Origin: the human T2T-CHM13v2.0 reference genome, Homo sapiens | Length of the DNA stretch: 64,000 nucleotides | Assembly: GCF_009914755.1 (NCBI RefSeq) | Contig: NC_060929.1 | Direction: 5' to 3' (one strand) | Shown: positions 25,061 through 39,678 of the stretch, piece by piece | Numbering within the stretch: the first letter of the stretch is position 1 | How the letters are laid out: every line of letters starts with the position of its first letter | Position numbers and translations under genes: made by a program | The notes under the pieces: model-generated | The model's database searches: none | Seen by the model: only the letters and a program-made list of their open reading frames with translations | Told to the model about the DNA's origin: nothing

Positions 25061-27964
25061 TTCTATTGCTTCCTTAAATTAAATAAATGAGACAAGAGAT
25101 GGAGTTTGTGGATTAGAGAAGTACGTCTCTCTACAAAGGAAAACAACATCTGAAATAAGGCTACAAGTAGCAGAAACTTTTCACCAACCAGTTTTTGGGC
25201 TCAGAAAGGATACGCATGCCATTACAGTTGGCAAACAAACAAACAAACAAAACACAACCAGTTTTAAAAAACATTACTCAACTCCTGGTTTCCTAAAAGC
25301 CCCTTCCTACTTTCAACAGTATTGTGGGACAATTAATTATTCTTAGAAGGAACATAGTTGATAGCTATTTTAGATAGATACTTGTTATTTGGGGAACTTA
25401 TTAGAGAGAGCATGAGGTCACTGTCCACCTGAGTAGGGGAGGAGAAAGGCAAACACTGAGGAGGCAAAGAAACCCAATATGTGCATTATGGGTACCACAG
25501 AAGAGCATGCTCTCTAGAGAGGGGTCCAAAGACTAGGAGTCAATAGTCTTTGTGAATCTCTTACCCTCTATCTTGTTTAGTGTTAGAGTCTCAGTTCCCA
25601 GCACAGTGCTTGGCAGTGTTGGTACCCGATAATTATTTGTGGAATAAATGAATAAATGGATTTTCTCAGCTGTAAACATCAAAGAATGTAACCAACTCAG
25701 GCAGAACTGCAATGTTTCAAACCAGGCCTATTATTTTTGCAGATTTTTCTCTGGGGTTACCTTAACAGAATGGCTCCTGAAGGCAGGCAGGGAAATCCTG
25801 GCACAATTCTTACTTCAGCCAGAGCACCTCCTGGTCTAGCTCTTTAATACATTGAGGTGCAAATGAGATTTCACTTAGAAATAGTTCCATTGTAAAAATT
25901 AAATAGTTATAATAATATGTTTAAAATTTAGGAGAAAAATCTCATTTCTCAGGTTTTTTTTTTTTTTCTCTCTCTACCCATGGTCTATTCTCCAAAGCAA
26001 AATGATCTTACATGCTTGCTCAAAGCCCGCAGGTGAGGACGGAGAAGACACGATCTACAAGACAGCAGAGTGAAGATGGACCCTCAAAAGGACTTCTCAC
26101 CCCGGTCTCCAGTTTTCCCAAATGATTTTTCTCAGTAACCTCAAGTCTTTCCTGAAGAGATAATTACTTGGCAAATTAACAGTACAAAAAATGAGGGAAA
26201 AAATCATGCACAATCTCTCCAGCAGTTTGTCATATTGAAAATACAGCATAATTGATTCTATTAATGCACCAAGGGAATACAAAACCGTAATCAGTTTTTC
26301 TGTCATGTTTATATGTATAGTGATGGAAGTCTAATTGCATAATTTATCATTATGAAATAACAGTACAGATTACAGGTATGCGTAGTAAACAGCTGGATGG
26401 TGTTAACTAGCTTTTGTATAAATCATTGTAGGCCCTTTTGATTCAGTACACAAATCAGTCTGGGGAAACCTCAATTTTGACCATGTTCAACTATATTATA
26501 ATTCTCACGTTAACTGTTTCAATACCTACGTATGTCACTAGCTCAAGCTCTGGTCATCTCAGAGGGCATGTTACAGGAGGGCGACCTTAAAAATTCCCTC
26601 AAGCCATGCTCCGGTCTGCACAATAGCCTTCAATGGCTTCCCGTTAGCACAGAAGAAATTCAGACTGCTCAGTCCTTATCTCCAGCCCCTTCTCTTTAGG
26701 CCCTACCATGCACCCATTATATCAGAGCTATATCAGATTACTTGCCACTCCTTGAAAGCTCAATCTTCTTTATCTTTTCTGGTCCTTTGTTTATTTTTCT
26801 AAATCCTACGGTTTTATATGTGGATTAAAATGTCTTTAAATAAAAACTATTCGGACATCAGGCATGCTTCTAGGCACATGTCTGTTATTAAAGTAAAGCG
26901 GAAAGCTTCGGAGAAAACAAAATAGATAACACCTATCCCTACTTCTCCTGTTAAGCACAAATAAAAACGCTGAACATTATAAGACAGACGGAAGACGACT
27001 CTGAAAACTGGGCAGAAGGTGGCAGACTGGATAGGGAACTGTGCCCTGAATGATGACATGGCTATGAGTTTCCTGGGTTTTCTTTTATTTTGCATCAGAC
27101 AACTCAGACTAAGTGCTGGTGAAGCCAGCTAACTGGAAATACCAAAAGGCACAAACAAGCTAAGCAACATCAAAAGACTTTCTCCAGTCAAAGCAGTGTT
27201 CAGGCAAAACCAGAAAATGTTTAGCCAATAATGGCACTCCTGCAGCCACTCTGACTCCTCACTTCCATGTTGTAACAAGAAGTGCCAGCCTCCCCCAACC
27301 CACCAGGGTGCTGTCTGAGAAGGCCAAGTGAGAAACTGAAACTTTTATCCCTGCTGGGCAGTAACAAGCTCCAATCCCTATCAGTATCAGAGTAAATCAT
27401 ATGGGGGAACCTGGACTTTCACCCAAACCCAGTAAGGAGGCACACCTTCTCTCCCTCCATACCTTCTCTCCTTCCAGGTGGTGTATCAGGAATGTCACAG
27501 GAGATGTCATTACAGAGACTGTAAACATAAAAAGGAGAATAAGGGGCTACTATGAACAATTCTACACTTACACATTTGACAACTTAGATGAAATAGATCA
27601 ATTCCTTGAAGCTATCACAACACATTCAATGTAAAACAGAGAATTTGAATAGCCCAATAACTATTAAGGAAATTAAATTCACAATTTAGAAACTCCCCAT
27701 AAAGGAATCTCCAGCCCCAGATGGTTTTGCTGAAGGATTTAACCAAATGATTAAAAAGAAATAACAACAATTCCACACAATCCCTTCTAGAGCAAAGAAG
27801 AGGAGGAGGAGGAAATACTTTCCAATTCTTTTATAAAGCGAGGATCCCTCTGATCGCTGATACTAAATCAGAGAAAGTACAAAAAAGAAAACTATAGACC
27901 AATACCCATCATGACATGGACACAAAAATCCTTAACCAAATATTAGCAAACGAGTTTAGCAATA

Positions 27965-28266
<302 letters not shown>

Positions 28267-28403
28267 TTTAGCAACATATGGAAATAATTATAAATCATGA
28301 CCAAGTGGAATTTATTTCTTAGATACAAGTCTGGTTCGATATTCAAAGATATGCCAATATAATCCAACATAGATCTAGGTTAGAGATGAAAATAGATAAC
28401 ATA

Positions 28404-28695
<292 letters not shown>

Positions 28696-31454
28696 AGATA
28701 ACATAGCAATTTATGCAGGACCCATTGACAGTTAGAGAAACTCTCCGAAATGTAGGAATAGAAGGAAATTTCCTCAACTTGATAAAGAGCATCTACACAC
28801 ACACACACCCACACACCCACACACACACATATACCACAGCTAACATTAAACTTAGTGGTAAAACACTGAATGCTTTTCCTCCGAGATTGGGGTACAAGAC
28901 AAAGATATCTGCTCTCACCACTCTAATTTAGCACAGTGCTGGAATTTCTGGCCAGTGTGATAGGCAAGCAAAGAAAATAAAGGGCATACAGTTCAGAAAG
29001 GAAAAAATAAAACCACATTTGGAGATCAGAAGACTACTACAAACATTCTAAAGTATAATAATAATAAAAAAAGATGCCCTAAATTTTTAAAATAAAAGGC
29101 AAAATATAAAAAAAATTCCAAGAATCCACAAAAAAAAAAAAAAAAGAAAACACCTAGAACACAAAAGTTGGTTCAGCAAGATCATAAGATACAGCATAAA
29201 CATACAAAAATTAACTGAATATCTATATCTCAGCAATGGGCATATGATATCAAAATTAAAAATAAAATGATGTATAAAAGCTCAAAAGAAAAAAAATAAA
29301 ATACTTAGATGTAAATCTAACAAAACATGTATAGGACTTGTATGCTGAAAACTAAAATCACTAATGAAAGAAGTCAAAATATACCTAAACAGAGAAACAT
29401 ACAGAATTAATGCATTAGAAGACTCAATATAGAAAAGATGTCAATTCTAGGTAAATTGAAATAGAGGTTTAATGTAATTCCTATCAAAACCCCAGTAAGG
29501 GTTTTTATAGATATACACAACTTTAAACAAAAACATATATGAAAATGCAAAGGAACTCGAATGGATAGTAGCATTTTGAGAAGAAAAAGTAGAAACGATC
29601 AGTTTATTTGATCTAAAGATTTAATATATAACTTCAGAAGTTAAGACTGTATAGTATTGGTGGAGATACAGATATATACATCAATATGAATGGATAATTC
29701 AGAAGAAGATGCACATGAATATGCCCAATTTTTGACAAAAGTACAGATACAATTTGGTGGAGGTAAAAGAGCCTTTTTAACAAATGGTAAAGGAAAAATT
29801 GGACATCCATAGCCTAGGAAAAAAAGAAAAACACTATCGTAATCTAAACCTCGCACATTATAATAATGAACTCAAAATTGATAACAGACTTAAACATAAA
29901 AATAAAGCTATAAAACTTTTAGAAGGAAAAACAAAATCTTCAGGATCTATGGCTAGGCAAAGAGTTTTTAGATTTGACACCAAAAGCATCATTCATAAAA
30001 GGAAAAATCGAGGAACTGAACTTCATTAATATTAACATCTTTGCTTTGTGAATGACTGTTAAGAGATGAAAAAACAAGCTACAGAATGGGAGAAAACATT
30101 TACAAAACCCACATCTGGCAAATGACTAGTACCTATAACAAGTAAAGAACTCTTGAACTGTAGCACTAAAAAGTCAAACAATTAAACTAGAAAATGCACA
30201 AAAATCAGGAATAGACATTTCATGGAAGAGAATAAAAACAGATGACAAATAAACATGTGAGAAAACTGTTCAATATCATTAGCCACGAGAGAAAGGCAAA
30301 ATAAAACCACAATGAGATGTCACTACAGACCTAGGAGGATGACTAAAATAAAAAATATAGTGAAACTACCAAATGCTTGTGAGAATCTGGGAAAACTTCA
30401 CCACTTTGTCACTTTACTAATGGAACATAAAAGGGTACAGCCACCAAGAAAATAGTGTGCCAGTTTCTTAAAAGACGAAACATATAACTGCCATATAATC
30501 CAGCAATGCAGTCCTGGACATTATCCCAGAGAAGTTAAAATGCATTTTCACATAAAAATATGTACAAAAATGTTTACAGTAGCTTTATCATAATTATCTC
30601 AAACTGGAAACAAACCAGATGCCTTTCAAGAGGTAAGTGGTTATCCAAACTGTGGTATATCCATCCTGTGGAGTGCTACCAAGCTAAAATAAATCAATCA
30701 AAAGAGACATTGATCTACTGATTCACGTGACAACCTAGATGAATTTTTAGAGATTCTTTTTTTCTGACTGAAAAAGTCCTAAAAGGTTGCATAATATATG
30801 GTTCAATTTGTATTACATTCTTATGACAAAATTATTGAAATGGAGCACAGATTATTAGTATTCAGGGGGTAAGGAAAAGGTAGGAGATGGGAAGCAATTA
30901 GGAAACAGGTTACAAAAGGGCAAAATAATCCTTTAGATAATGGTAATGTTCTGTATCTTGACTGTATCAATGTCAATATCCAGGTTGTGATAAAGTATTA
31001 TAGTTTCACAAGATTACTCAGTTACCACTGGGGTAAACAGTAGGTAATCAATGATTATTTCAAAACAAAAATTTAAAAATCCATTACCATGGAGGAGGCA
31101 GGGGTGTTTCTAGAGGGAAATAAATGAATTCCACATCAAACAATAGACTGTTGGTATGTTTGAAGGAAACTACAGCACAGCTCCTATCCTATCAATTATG
31201 AGATGCTGTTAAATGGCACCTTCGGCTGGCAACAACACTTATACGCAATTTTTTTTCCCTGTGTTCCTCTTATCCTCTTTAGTGTCCCTTTCTTTCCTAT
31301 CACCTTCCCCCACTTCTCTAAGGCCCTCAATACCCCTTATAAAAAAAGATAATTAACAGAATTGATCTAAGCAACTCCCTAAAGTGAGGACAACTCCCTA
31401 AAGTGAGATAAATGTTGACGCCATTTCATATAGAAGGAAATATCACCAGAAATA

Positions 31455-31670
31455 GAGAGAAGACCTGGGCTCTAATTCCAGCTTGATACTTCCTTGGAGA
31501 GTCATTTTGAGTGAATGATTGGACATCAGTTCCCCTCTCCAGAACACGATTAGACTCCATGTGTGTTCTGTCTTATAGTGTGTTGATTATGAGAATAAAT
31601 GAAATAATGGAAATCAAGGGGTTTTGTAAAGGACAGGGTGCTGCGCATATGCTGACATTGTTATTATTTC
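31455..31670 (+). mobile_element. MIR, decayed
   Basis: agaagacctgggctctaattccagct...gattatgagaataaatgaaataatgga. Confidence 0.6.
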
Positions 31671-33129
31671 AACTTGAGGGCATCTCTTTATATGAGAAGG
31701 CAAAAGTGCAAGTCAACCTTCACTGGCTGAATTTTCAGGAATGAGTCACAACTGACAGAGGGGATTTTTTTTTTTTTTTTGTATAACCACCACCCAATTT
31801 GCCTACTTTTAAGACTACTCTTTGATAAATTCCCAGTACAATAGTACAATTGCCATCATAGGCACAGGCATGATCCGAAATGGCAGTTTGAAAGAACATT
31901 GCACCATTATCCTCAGGAGATCTCACAGTGTCCTGCACAGAGAGTCCTCAAAATATGTTAATTTGAAAGGAATAATACTTACAAGGGCTAGCTGATGACT
32001 GTGACAATCAACAATATAACCAATATCTTGGTGGGAGGTTAAAACTATGAAGAGGGAACTCTGCTTGGCATGCAAAAATCCAAAGAAACTAATATTCTTA
32101 GGAGGTTGCTCCTTATCCAGGTACTAGGCAGAGTAGACTCTGCCTCCTACTCAAGATCCTAGATAATCTGTTTGTTTCCTGTCTGTCATCTGGGCAAACC
32201 TCCATAACCTAAACCAGGTATGGTGAATTCAAGGCATGTTTACTGCTGTACTCTGCTCCCACATCCAGGGAAGGCGTTGCTAATTGAATGCAACTCTTTG
32301 AGGTCAATCATAGCTGCCACTCAAGAAGAAATCCACTCGCCAGCACTTGTTAATATGCTCTTTGCCAAAAAGTCTTTTAATGAACACCTCCATTTCTATA
32401 GTGTGATGTAGTGCCTATTACATATAAGGCAGTAGCGGGGGGCAGCAGTTGATTTTAAGGGGCTTAGAGTCAACCAGAAGGGAAAATTTGGGCACAGATA
32501 ACTTTTCCTTGGGGTGGACATGGTGACGGTGCCAGAACAAAGACACAAGTATCAAAGCAAGTCTAGAAAGTGAGACATTTACTATTAGCATCTAGGAAGA
32601 CTTCATGATAAGGTGGCAAAAGTGTTGCTTGGTCTCTAGGTTGGGGAGGACTTAGATTTCCAGACATGACAGAAAGAGCATTCTATTCAGAAAGCAAATG
32701 CAATAAATGTAGGGAAGCCAAAAGTATGTATAGGGAACAATGGATACTCATGTTTGATGCATAGGATGTATTGAGGGAAATGGAAGAATGACCAAAAAGG
32801 AAATTTAACAGGAAAATTGGGGCTAAATCTTAAAGACTCTGGGTGAAATGGGATGAAAATACCTGCACTTCCCAAAACACCCAGATAGGGCAGACTTTTT
32901 CATAAACACATCAATTTTAAAACCAGAAGAGTTGTCAAAGAAATCCTCTACTTTTTATGCAATACAGTATTATTTCATTTCACAGATGAGAAAACTGAGA
33001 ACCCAAGAGGCTTAGTATTTGGGTCAAATCCAGAACCAGGGTAGAATGTAGGGGCCCTGCCACTTAGTGAGCAGTGTGTTCTTTTCTGGTTTTTAGTTGT
33101 CTGTCCCGTAAGGCACAGGGGTAAATGAT

Positions 33130-33380
33130 AAAGGGTGCTTGAATCACACCTCCCCCGGTCTCTTCATTGGTGCGGAGTTTTCCTCATCAGAAGTCACCTC
33201 CTTGTTGAGGCTTTCTCTGCCCATACTTTCTGAAGTAGCCCCCTCATCCCTTTCCATCTCATCAGTCTGATTTTCCTCACAGCCTACGTCACTCTTTGAA
33301 ATTACTTTCTTCATTTATCTATTTTTATAAATTTGTCTTCTTTTTTCAGTAGGCAAGCCTTATTCTTTTTGCTTTCCCCA
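33130..33380 (+). mobile_element. L2 fragment
   Basis: gtcacctccttgttgaggctttctctg...attttcctcacagccttacgtcactct. Confidence 0.55.
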
Positions 33381-33483
33381 GAACTCTATCTTCTATTATT
33401 TCAAACCTAGGAATAATTTCAAGCCTAGGAAAAAGCAAGAGAATAAGATGAGCCAGAAGGATGAGATGGAGAGAGAGAGGAAA

Positions 33484-33542
33484 TTTACAAGGAAGTCAAT
33501 GCAGTTTACAAGGAAGTCAATGCAGTTTACAAGGAAGTCAAT
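33484..33542. repeat. Perfect 21-bp tandem repeat, 2.8 copies
   Basis: tttacaaggaagtcaatgcag x2 plus tttacaaggaagtcaat. Confidence 0.97.
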
Positions 33543-33546
33543 ACTG

Positions 33547-33905
33547 TTCATTCAACAAACTCCGAGCACCTGCCTTTTGTGCAGCTCTGTGCCAGGCAAT
33601 AATGAGAGGGATACCAGAACGAGAATTAGGCATGCTACAGTCCCCATCCTCAAAGAGGTTGTAGTCTAGAAGGAAAGCCAAAATTCATCCACTTCATATC
33701 CAGATTTTAAAAAATATTACAACTAGGGTTAGTTTAAATAAAGGGAAATCCAAGAAACTATGAGAGCATATAAGACTCAATCTTATCAGAGAAGACTTCA
33801 CTGAAGAAATGATGTTTAAGCTGAAGACCTTGAGGAAGATATGAGTAAATGTGGTGAAGAGAGGAAGAATACCCTGGGTGGAGAGAACAGCAATTCATCA
33901 GCCAA
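33547..33905 (-). mobile_element. L2 3' fragment
   Basis: ttcattcaacaaac...ctctgtgccaggca...cagtccccatcctcaaagagg...gaagacttcactgaagaaatgatgtttaagctga. Confidence 0.75.
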
Positions 33906-34629
33906 GTGCCACATGCCTAGGTCTCCTACTGATAATGGTGGTCTCCAAGTGATGGTGGTCTCCAGGCAGCCACATGCCTGTCTTTCTGGAACACTGTCAT
34001 CCTAGCAGGGCTCCTGGCCACGTGAGGAATAGGTGTGTGACAGGATCAGTGGTACCAATTAATTATCATTCTTTGTGCTCGAATCATTATTAGTCTCAGA
34101 ATAAACACTGGATAGCTAATGAAATTTTATCTCTCTGCAGCAGCATTTTAATTTGCATGCTTTATGACACTAATATTTGTACAGTAGCCAGTAGTTAGTT
34201 TTCAAAGCCAGCCTTTCTCACCATTTATCTAATGAAGTGAGAGAGGAAATTAAGTAGTTTTCCTCCCCTCTCCCCGCTGAGGATTTCTCCTTCCTCTGGG
34301 CGTTTCTGTATTTCCTTTCACATTTCCATGACTTCACTTGCTTATTAATTTAACATTTGCTGAGTCCACTATGGGCAAGGTACATGGTGGAAGCTATGGG
34401 GAATTCTAGCTCTCAGGAAGTAAATGTACTCAGAGACTGATCAGTCTTTTTTCTTTTACATTGAAGACAAGAATCATCCTCTATTTGCAGTTCACTGAAC
34501 ACGCTGTTGTTTCAGGCCTTCATGTGTTAGTCTTGTTACTCTCTTTGCCTAGAATTTTCTTCTTCCTTTATAGGCCTTACACTCTTTAAAATTTAGCTAA
34601 ATTCAAGTGCTCTTTTGAAGTCACAGATC

Positions 34630-35035
34630 TCTCAGGATTATTTTGATTACAATTGACAGAAACCCTAATTTTAAATAGCTCATATTTAAAAAGGAAATTT
34701 GTTGTCTTATGTAGCCAAACAGTCTTGAGGGATACCTGGCTTCAAGTATAGCTTATTTCAGGCAAACCAATGTCACCAGCAACCAGATCTTTTTGTGTGT
34801 GTGTGTGTATTTTACTCTGTACAAACTCCAGCCCTTGTAAACTTCTGGTTTCACATCTCATGGGGGAAAACAAGAGTGTTTTCCCAGCAATCTCAAGGAA
34901 AAGTTTCATTTCTCATTGGCCTGAACTGCATCTCATGATCATCCTTGGACCTCCTGCTGTTCTCACATGAGTGCAGGGCTCTGATTAGGCAGGCTTAAGT
35001 CATGTGGTAGTCTTCTTGACCCATGGCTGTTTCTT
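34630..35035 (-). mobile_element. LTR33-like ERVL LTR
   Basis: gattacaattgacagaaaccc...aaaaaggaaatttgttg...ctggcttcaagtatagct; tctcattggcctgaact; ctctgattaggcaggcttaagtcatgtg. Confidence 0.6.
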
Positions 35036-35519
35036 AAATACTTTTTTCATTCCTATCATGAAATCATCCCTTTCTTTAGCCCTAGAATTACTCATAAAAC
35101 TGTATTTTCTACATGTTTGGGAATTCCTTGTAGCAGATGAGGTGGAGAAAGAGACAAGGGCATGGTGACAGAGATGAAAAAGGCTGTAACTGACCTACTT
35201 GTAAAGATGTTAATAATAAATATTCATTTGTTGGTGGCTTTCTATACTCAAAGTATCACAGGGTGCACATCAAAGTAGAGGTTAAACAGGAAGATATGGC
35301 CTACACCCAAGAAACTGGATGGTAGTATTGTCAAATATTAGTATGAAAATAATGTCATTAATATACATTTATTATATACTAAATATCATTCTGTGGGCTT
35401 TACTAACATTTTTCATTTAACCTATGCAATAACATACACATTTACAGATGGGTAAAGAGAGATTTGAAGTAATTGGCTTGGTCATACAACAAATTCCTGT
35501 ATCAAAATTTGAATCCACT

Positions 35520-36280
35520 GTAAGAGATGAATAGTGCATAAAACCCAGAAGTTATTGCCTTCATAGGGTGATACAGCTACAGTAGGAAGACATTATTTAA
35601 ATAATGTATAAAAAGATCAAATTACACAGTGAAAGATTCACAATGAAGAGGCACAGGGTGCTATAAGAATATATAGCAGAGGGCCTCTGGAACATTAAGT
35701 AAAGTTCTTCTGGAAAAAACTATATTTGAACTAAGACTTTGGAGATATGACTAGGGTTAAGAAGACGGAAAGAAAAGGGACATTCTAGACAGAGTACCCA
35801 ATGTGTTTAGGTGTTCTGAGGACCCAGGAAACACGACATATTTGAGGATCTGAAAGAAGACCAGAGTGGTTAGCGTACCAAGAAATGTCCTGCTGTATGG
35901 ATAACCTGGTGTGTAACAAAACTGTAGAGAAAGTAGCCAACCTTGCATTTTGGCTAACCTTGCAGGAGTTTGGTAGGCTATAATACATATTTTGGTCTTT
36001 GTCTTTAGATTATTCAGAAACAATTTTGAGCATAAGAATGACTTGATTAGATTGCACTGCAGAACAAGAAAGAAGGTAGAAAGAGACCAACTAGGCATTT
36101 GTTGGATAGTCAAGACAACAGATTGCAGTGGTGTTAGAAGTAAACATAGAGAAATTGACTGATTCAATACATGATTAGGGATTAAAATCAGTAGCACTTC
36201 GTCATGATATTAATTGTTGGGTTGGATTTGGAAGGGTAGGGTGGGAGAGAAGGAAGTGTCAGGATGAAGTCCAGGTTTGT
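35520..36280 (-). mobile_element. L2 fragment
   Basis: tatatttgaactaagac...ggacattctagacagag...agagaccaactaggc...gaaggaagtgtcaggatga. Confidence 0.7.
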
Positions 36281-36379
36281 GTAGTTATCTTACTAGGAAT
36301 TAAAGATAGCTGGCATAGTGAAGTGCACACATCAGGTGGGGAAATTGAGGAATGCAGGTAGAATTGGAGGAGAGGCAAG

Positions 36380-36790
36380 AGTGCCATCACAGGAAAGAGG
36401 AAAGCCCATGTGGGGTGGTTTTGGTGAGCAGAAAATTACCAGGAGCCATTTGGTGAGGGAAAACAATGGAAGATAAGATAGGAAAACAGGATAGAAACAG
36501 ATCAAATAGGATCTCAGAAACCAGAATAAGGTGTATATACATAATTCAGTAGCCAGGGAGAACCACCAAAAATTTCAGAGAAGAGGAATGGCATGACCAG
36601 CTGAACATATAAGGAAGACTCTTGTGATGTGGCAGCACAAAAAAATAATAATTGTAGGGCATAGTGAAGGGGCATCGATGAGATCAGAGTGAGGATGAAT
36701 AATACAGAGGCTGATGCCATGTCTTCAGAGAAAGACAGAAAGGGTCTGAAATGGGACAGTGGAGATGGGGTAGAGAATCAGATCCAAAAT
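36380..36790 (-). mobile_element. L2 fragment, decayed
   Basis: agtagccagggagaaccacc...gagaagaggaatggcatgaccag...gggtctgaaatgggacagtggagatggg. Confidence 0.5.
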
Positions 36791-37699
36791 CCAAAGTAAG
36801 GTGAATGTGCCATGGTGCTGAATACCATCAGGTTTAAGAAGAATTAAAACGTGATTCTCTGCCTCAGGAAAATTACAATTTAGCAAGAAGTGAGATTTAG
36901 TTTTATTTGTAGAAGCTCAATGAGTAATATAAAATAGGACAAAACTATAGAATTTCAGAAGACAGAGGGATGATTCTATTTGAAGGGATATAAAAAGAAC
37001 TCAGAAAGAGGACTAGAAGAATTCAGAACATTGCTTTTGTTCAGTAGACAGAGAAGAGGGGGAAAGCATTTTCAGAGGTCACAAACTCAAATGTTTTTGT
37101 GTCCGGAATGATCTGATTTTGATGTTTGCCTAAGATTCCATTGTCATATGTCTGATTCCTTGGTACGATTTTGCCTCTCTTTTCAGCCCCTCACTAGTAA
37201 GCATCTTCTGCAAATTGCTCTAAAGAGACCTGCAGCCCTTTCTAGAGCAGTTAATGAAGATGGTAATGAGATTGGGCTGAACTGTGATCCCAGAGAGTCC
37301 CCTGTAGACAACTTGACCTTCTTGAGGCCTGTGATGCCACTCGCCGCTACCCTTTGTCAGTTTTCCCATTACATTCTTTGACAGTTTTCAATCCTGATGA
37401 CAGTGCTCATATCCAAGCCATTTTACAGTTAATCTTGCAGGTAGTCTCTCATCAAACTCTCCCACAGTTTCCTGAGATGCCAACATACAACTCACAATGC
37501 ATTTATTTCATGTATTATATCAGAAAACCAGTCAAGGATTTCTAATGTTTTTATCATAATACTAAGTAGCATATCCATTTATATTTGTAGCTTCGGAGCT
37601 GACAGCTTTGTTAGAAAATGAAGCTGTAATTATCAGTGGTTGTTCTAGAATCAAAGGAACAAAATATTTTACTATAGGAAGGGGACTAAGAGGTAGTCT

Positions 37700-37925
37700 G
37701 ATAATAACTCTCTCATATATGTCCAGCAGTTTTACAGTTTTTAACCATTCTCCTTTGCCCCATGACACACACTGGGCAGGAGTCACCATCACCATTCTGC
37801 AGTTGAGGGAATGGTGTCTGAGAAAATTAATGTGACTCACTCAAGGTGACACAGCTAGCAAATGGCACACAAACCTAAAACCCAATCTTTTGATTCTTAG
37901 TTTACTTATCTTTGTACTTTACTGT
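37700..37925 (-). mobile_element. MIR
   Basis: ccattctgcagttgaggga...gtgactcactcaaggtgacacagctagcaaatggca. Confidence 0.75.
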
Positions 37926-38541
37926 GTTGGTATAGAAAGTATGAGAACTGTCAGGGTGTTGTCAAAGTCAAATAACATCAAGGGATAGGGGGATTAGAAA
38001 GTAATAGTGTTTGATGCACCCAGGTATTATCAAACATGTGAATGATGGAACTGTAGCCAAAAGAGAAGGTATATGCCCGGTCTAACAGCATTAACATAAA
38101 ACATAGCCCCACTCTTCTGGCCAAATACAGCACACATGTAGACTGGATTTGGCCTACAGAATGCCAGGTTATGACCCTTATTTCAACATCTGAGAAAAAA
38201 ATAACTACCCAGTTTCTGTTCCCTCAATCCCTAGTTTTCAAAATATTTTACCTTTGTGAGAATGTTTGATATTTTTATTCCCATAGTCCTCTGTCAAGTA
38301 TTCAAATCCTCAGGTTGTTACATATGCTTTTGATAATCACATTTATATCAAGAACCATATGGTTATCATGATAATTAAGATGGTATATGTACAAAATAAA
38401 AGACAGTCAAAATTACTACTGAGTTCAGAAGAGGGATGTTTTCCCTGGGGACTGATGTGATTAGAAGAGGCTTCCTGGATTATGATACTTCATTTGAGCT
38501 TTAAAGAATGAGTAGCTCTTAGATGATGATAATGTTCAACC

Positions 38542-38767
38542 ATCAGTCTCTAAATATAGGTGCTCAAGACACCATTGAAAAAATATTATATCCATATTAA
38601 TTTTATCTATTCATATTTAAAATTTTATTTAAGTTTAGCAGGCATAGAACATATTTGTGTACTAATATCTGTATATAATTTATAAACAATAAATATACAT
38701 TTGTTTGGATATATTCTGAATTTTTTTCTAATGAAAGTTGAGATCAAAAGAGTTTAAAAGCCATTAG
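38542..38767. mobile_element. MER112-like hAT-Charlie MITE
   Basis: atataatttataaacaataaatatacat...gatcaaaagagtttaaaagccatt terminus. Confidence 0.5.
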
Positions 38768-39678
38768 ACAGGTAATGATAATTATCGTTTTTGAATGGTT
38801 ATTCTGAGGTAGGTACTTTATCTATTTCAATTTCATTCATTTCTGCTCTTTATTATTTCCATCTTGCTGCTTCTTTTGGCTTTATTTTGTTCTACCTTTT
38901 CTAGACTCCTGAAATAAAAAATTAGATTATTGATGTGAGATTTTTCTTTCTTCTAATATATGTGCTATATTTAGTGCTATAAATGTCCCTCTCAGGCCTG
39001 TGTTAGTTATATCTCGTAAATATTGATATATAGTATTTTTATTTCAGTGAATTTTTTGGGTTTCCTTGAGACTTCTTTGATTCATGAGTTATCTAGACAT
39101 ATGCTGTTTAGTTTTCAAGTGTTTGAAGATGTTACCTTTCTGCTAATAAATTTTAGTTTGATTCTATTGTGGTCATTTCAATTCATGTAAATTTGCTGAG
39201 GTTTGTTTCATGACCCAGTATATGGTCTATCTTGGTATATCTTCTTTGGGCACTCAAAAACAATGTGTATTCTGCTGTCATTTGATTAATTATTCTACAA
39301 AATTTTGTTACATCTTGTTGATTGATAGTACTGTTGGATTTTTCTGTATCCTTACTGATTTTCTGTTTAGTTGTTCTAACAATTGTTGAAAGAGGGGTGT
39401 TAAAATGTTTAATTATATTTGTAGATTTGTCTATTTCTCATTTCAGTTGTTTCTCTTTCACATATTTTACAGTTTTTTTGTTTGGTGCATATACATTTGG
39501 AATCCTAGGTCTTCTTGGTACATCAACAATTTCATCAGTATATAATGTTCCTTTCTGTCTCTGGTAATGTTTTCTGTGGTTAAATATATATTATCTGATA
39601 TTAATATAGTCAATTCTGCTATTGATTACTTTATAAATACTTTTTCCACCCTTTACCATCAATCTGCCTGTATCAATA

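Noticed and set aside
33484-33542. Direct repeats as a possible CRISPR-like array
   Set aside because: Head-to-tail units without spacers in mammalian DNA; a simple minisatellite
35757-36197. 146-aa ORF
   Set aside because: Lies inside a decayed L2, no recognisable domain, no splice context
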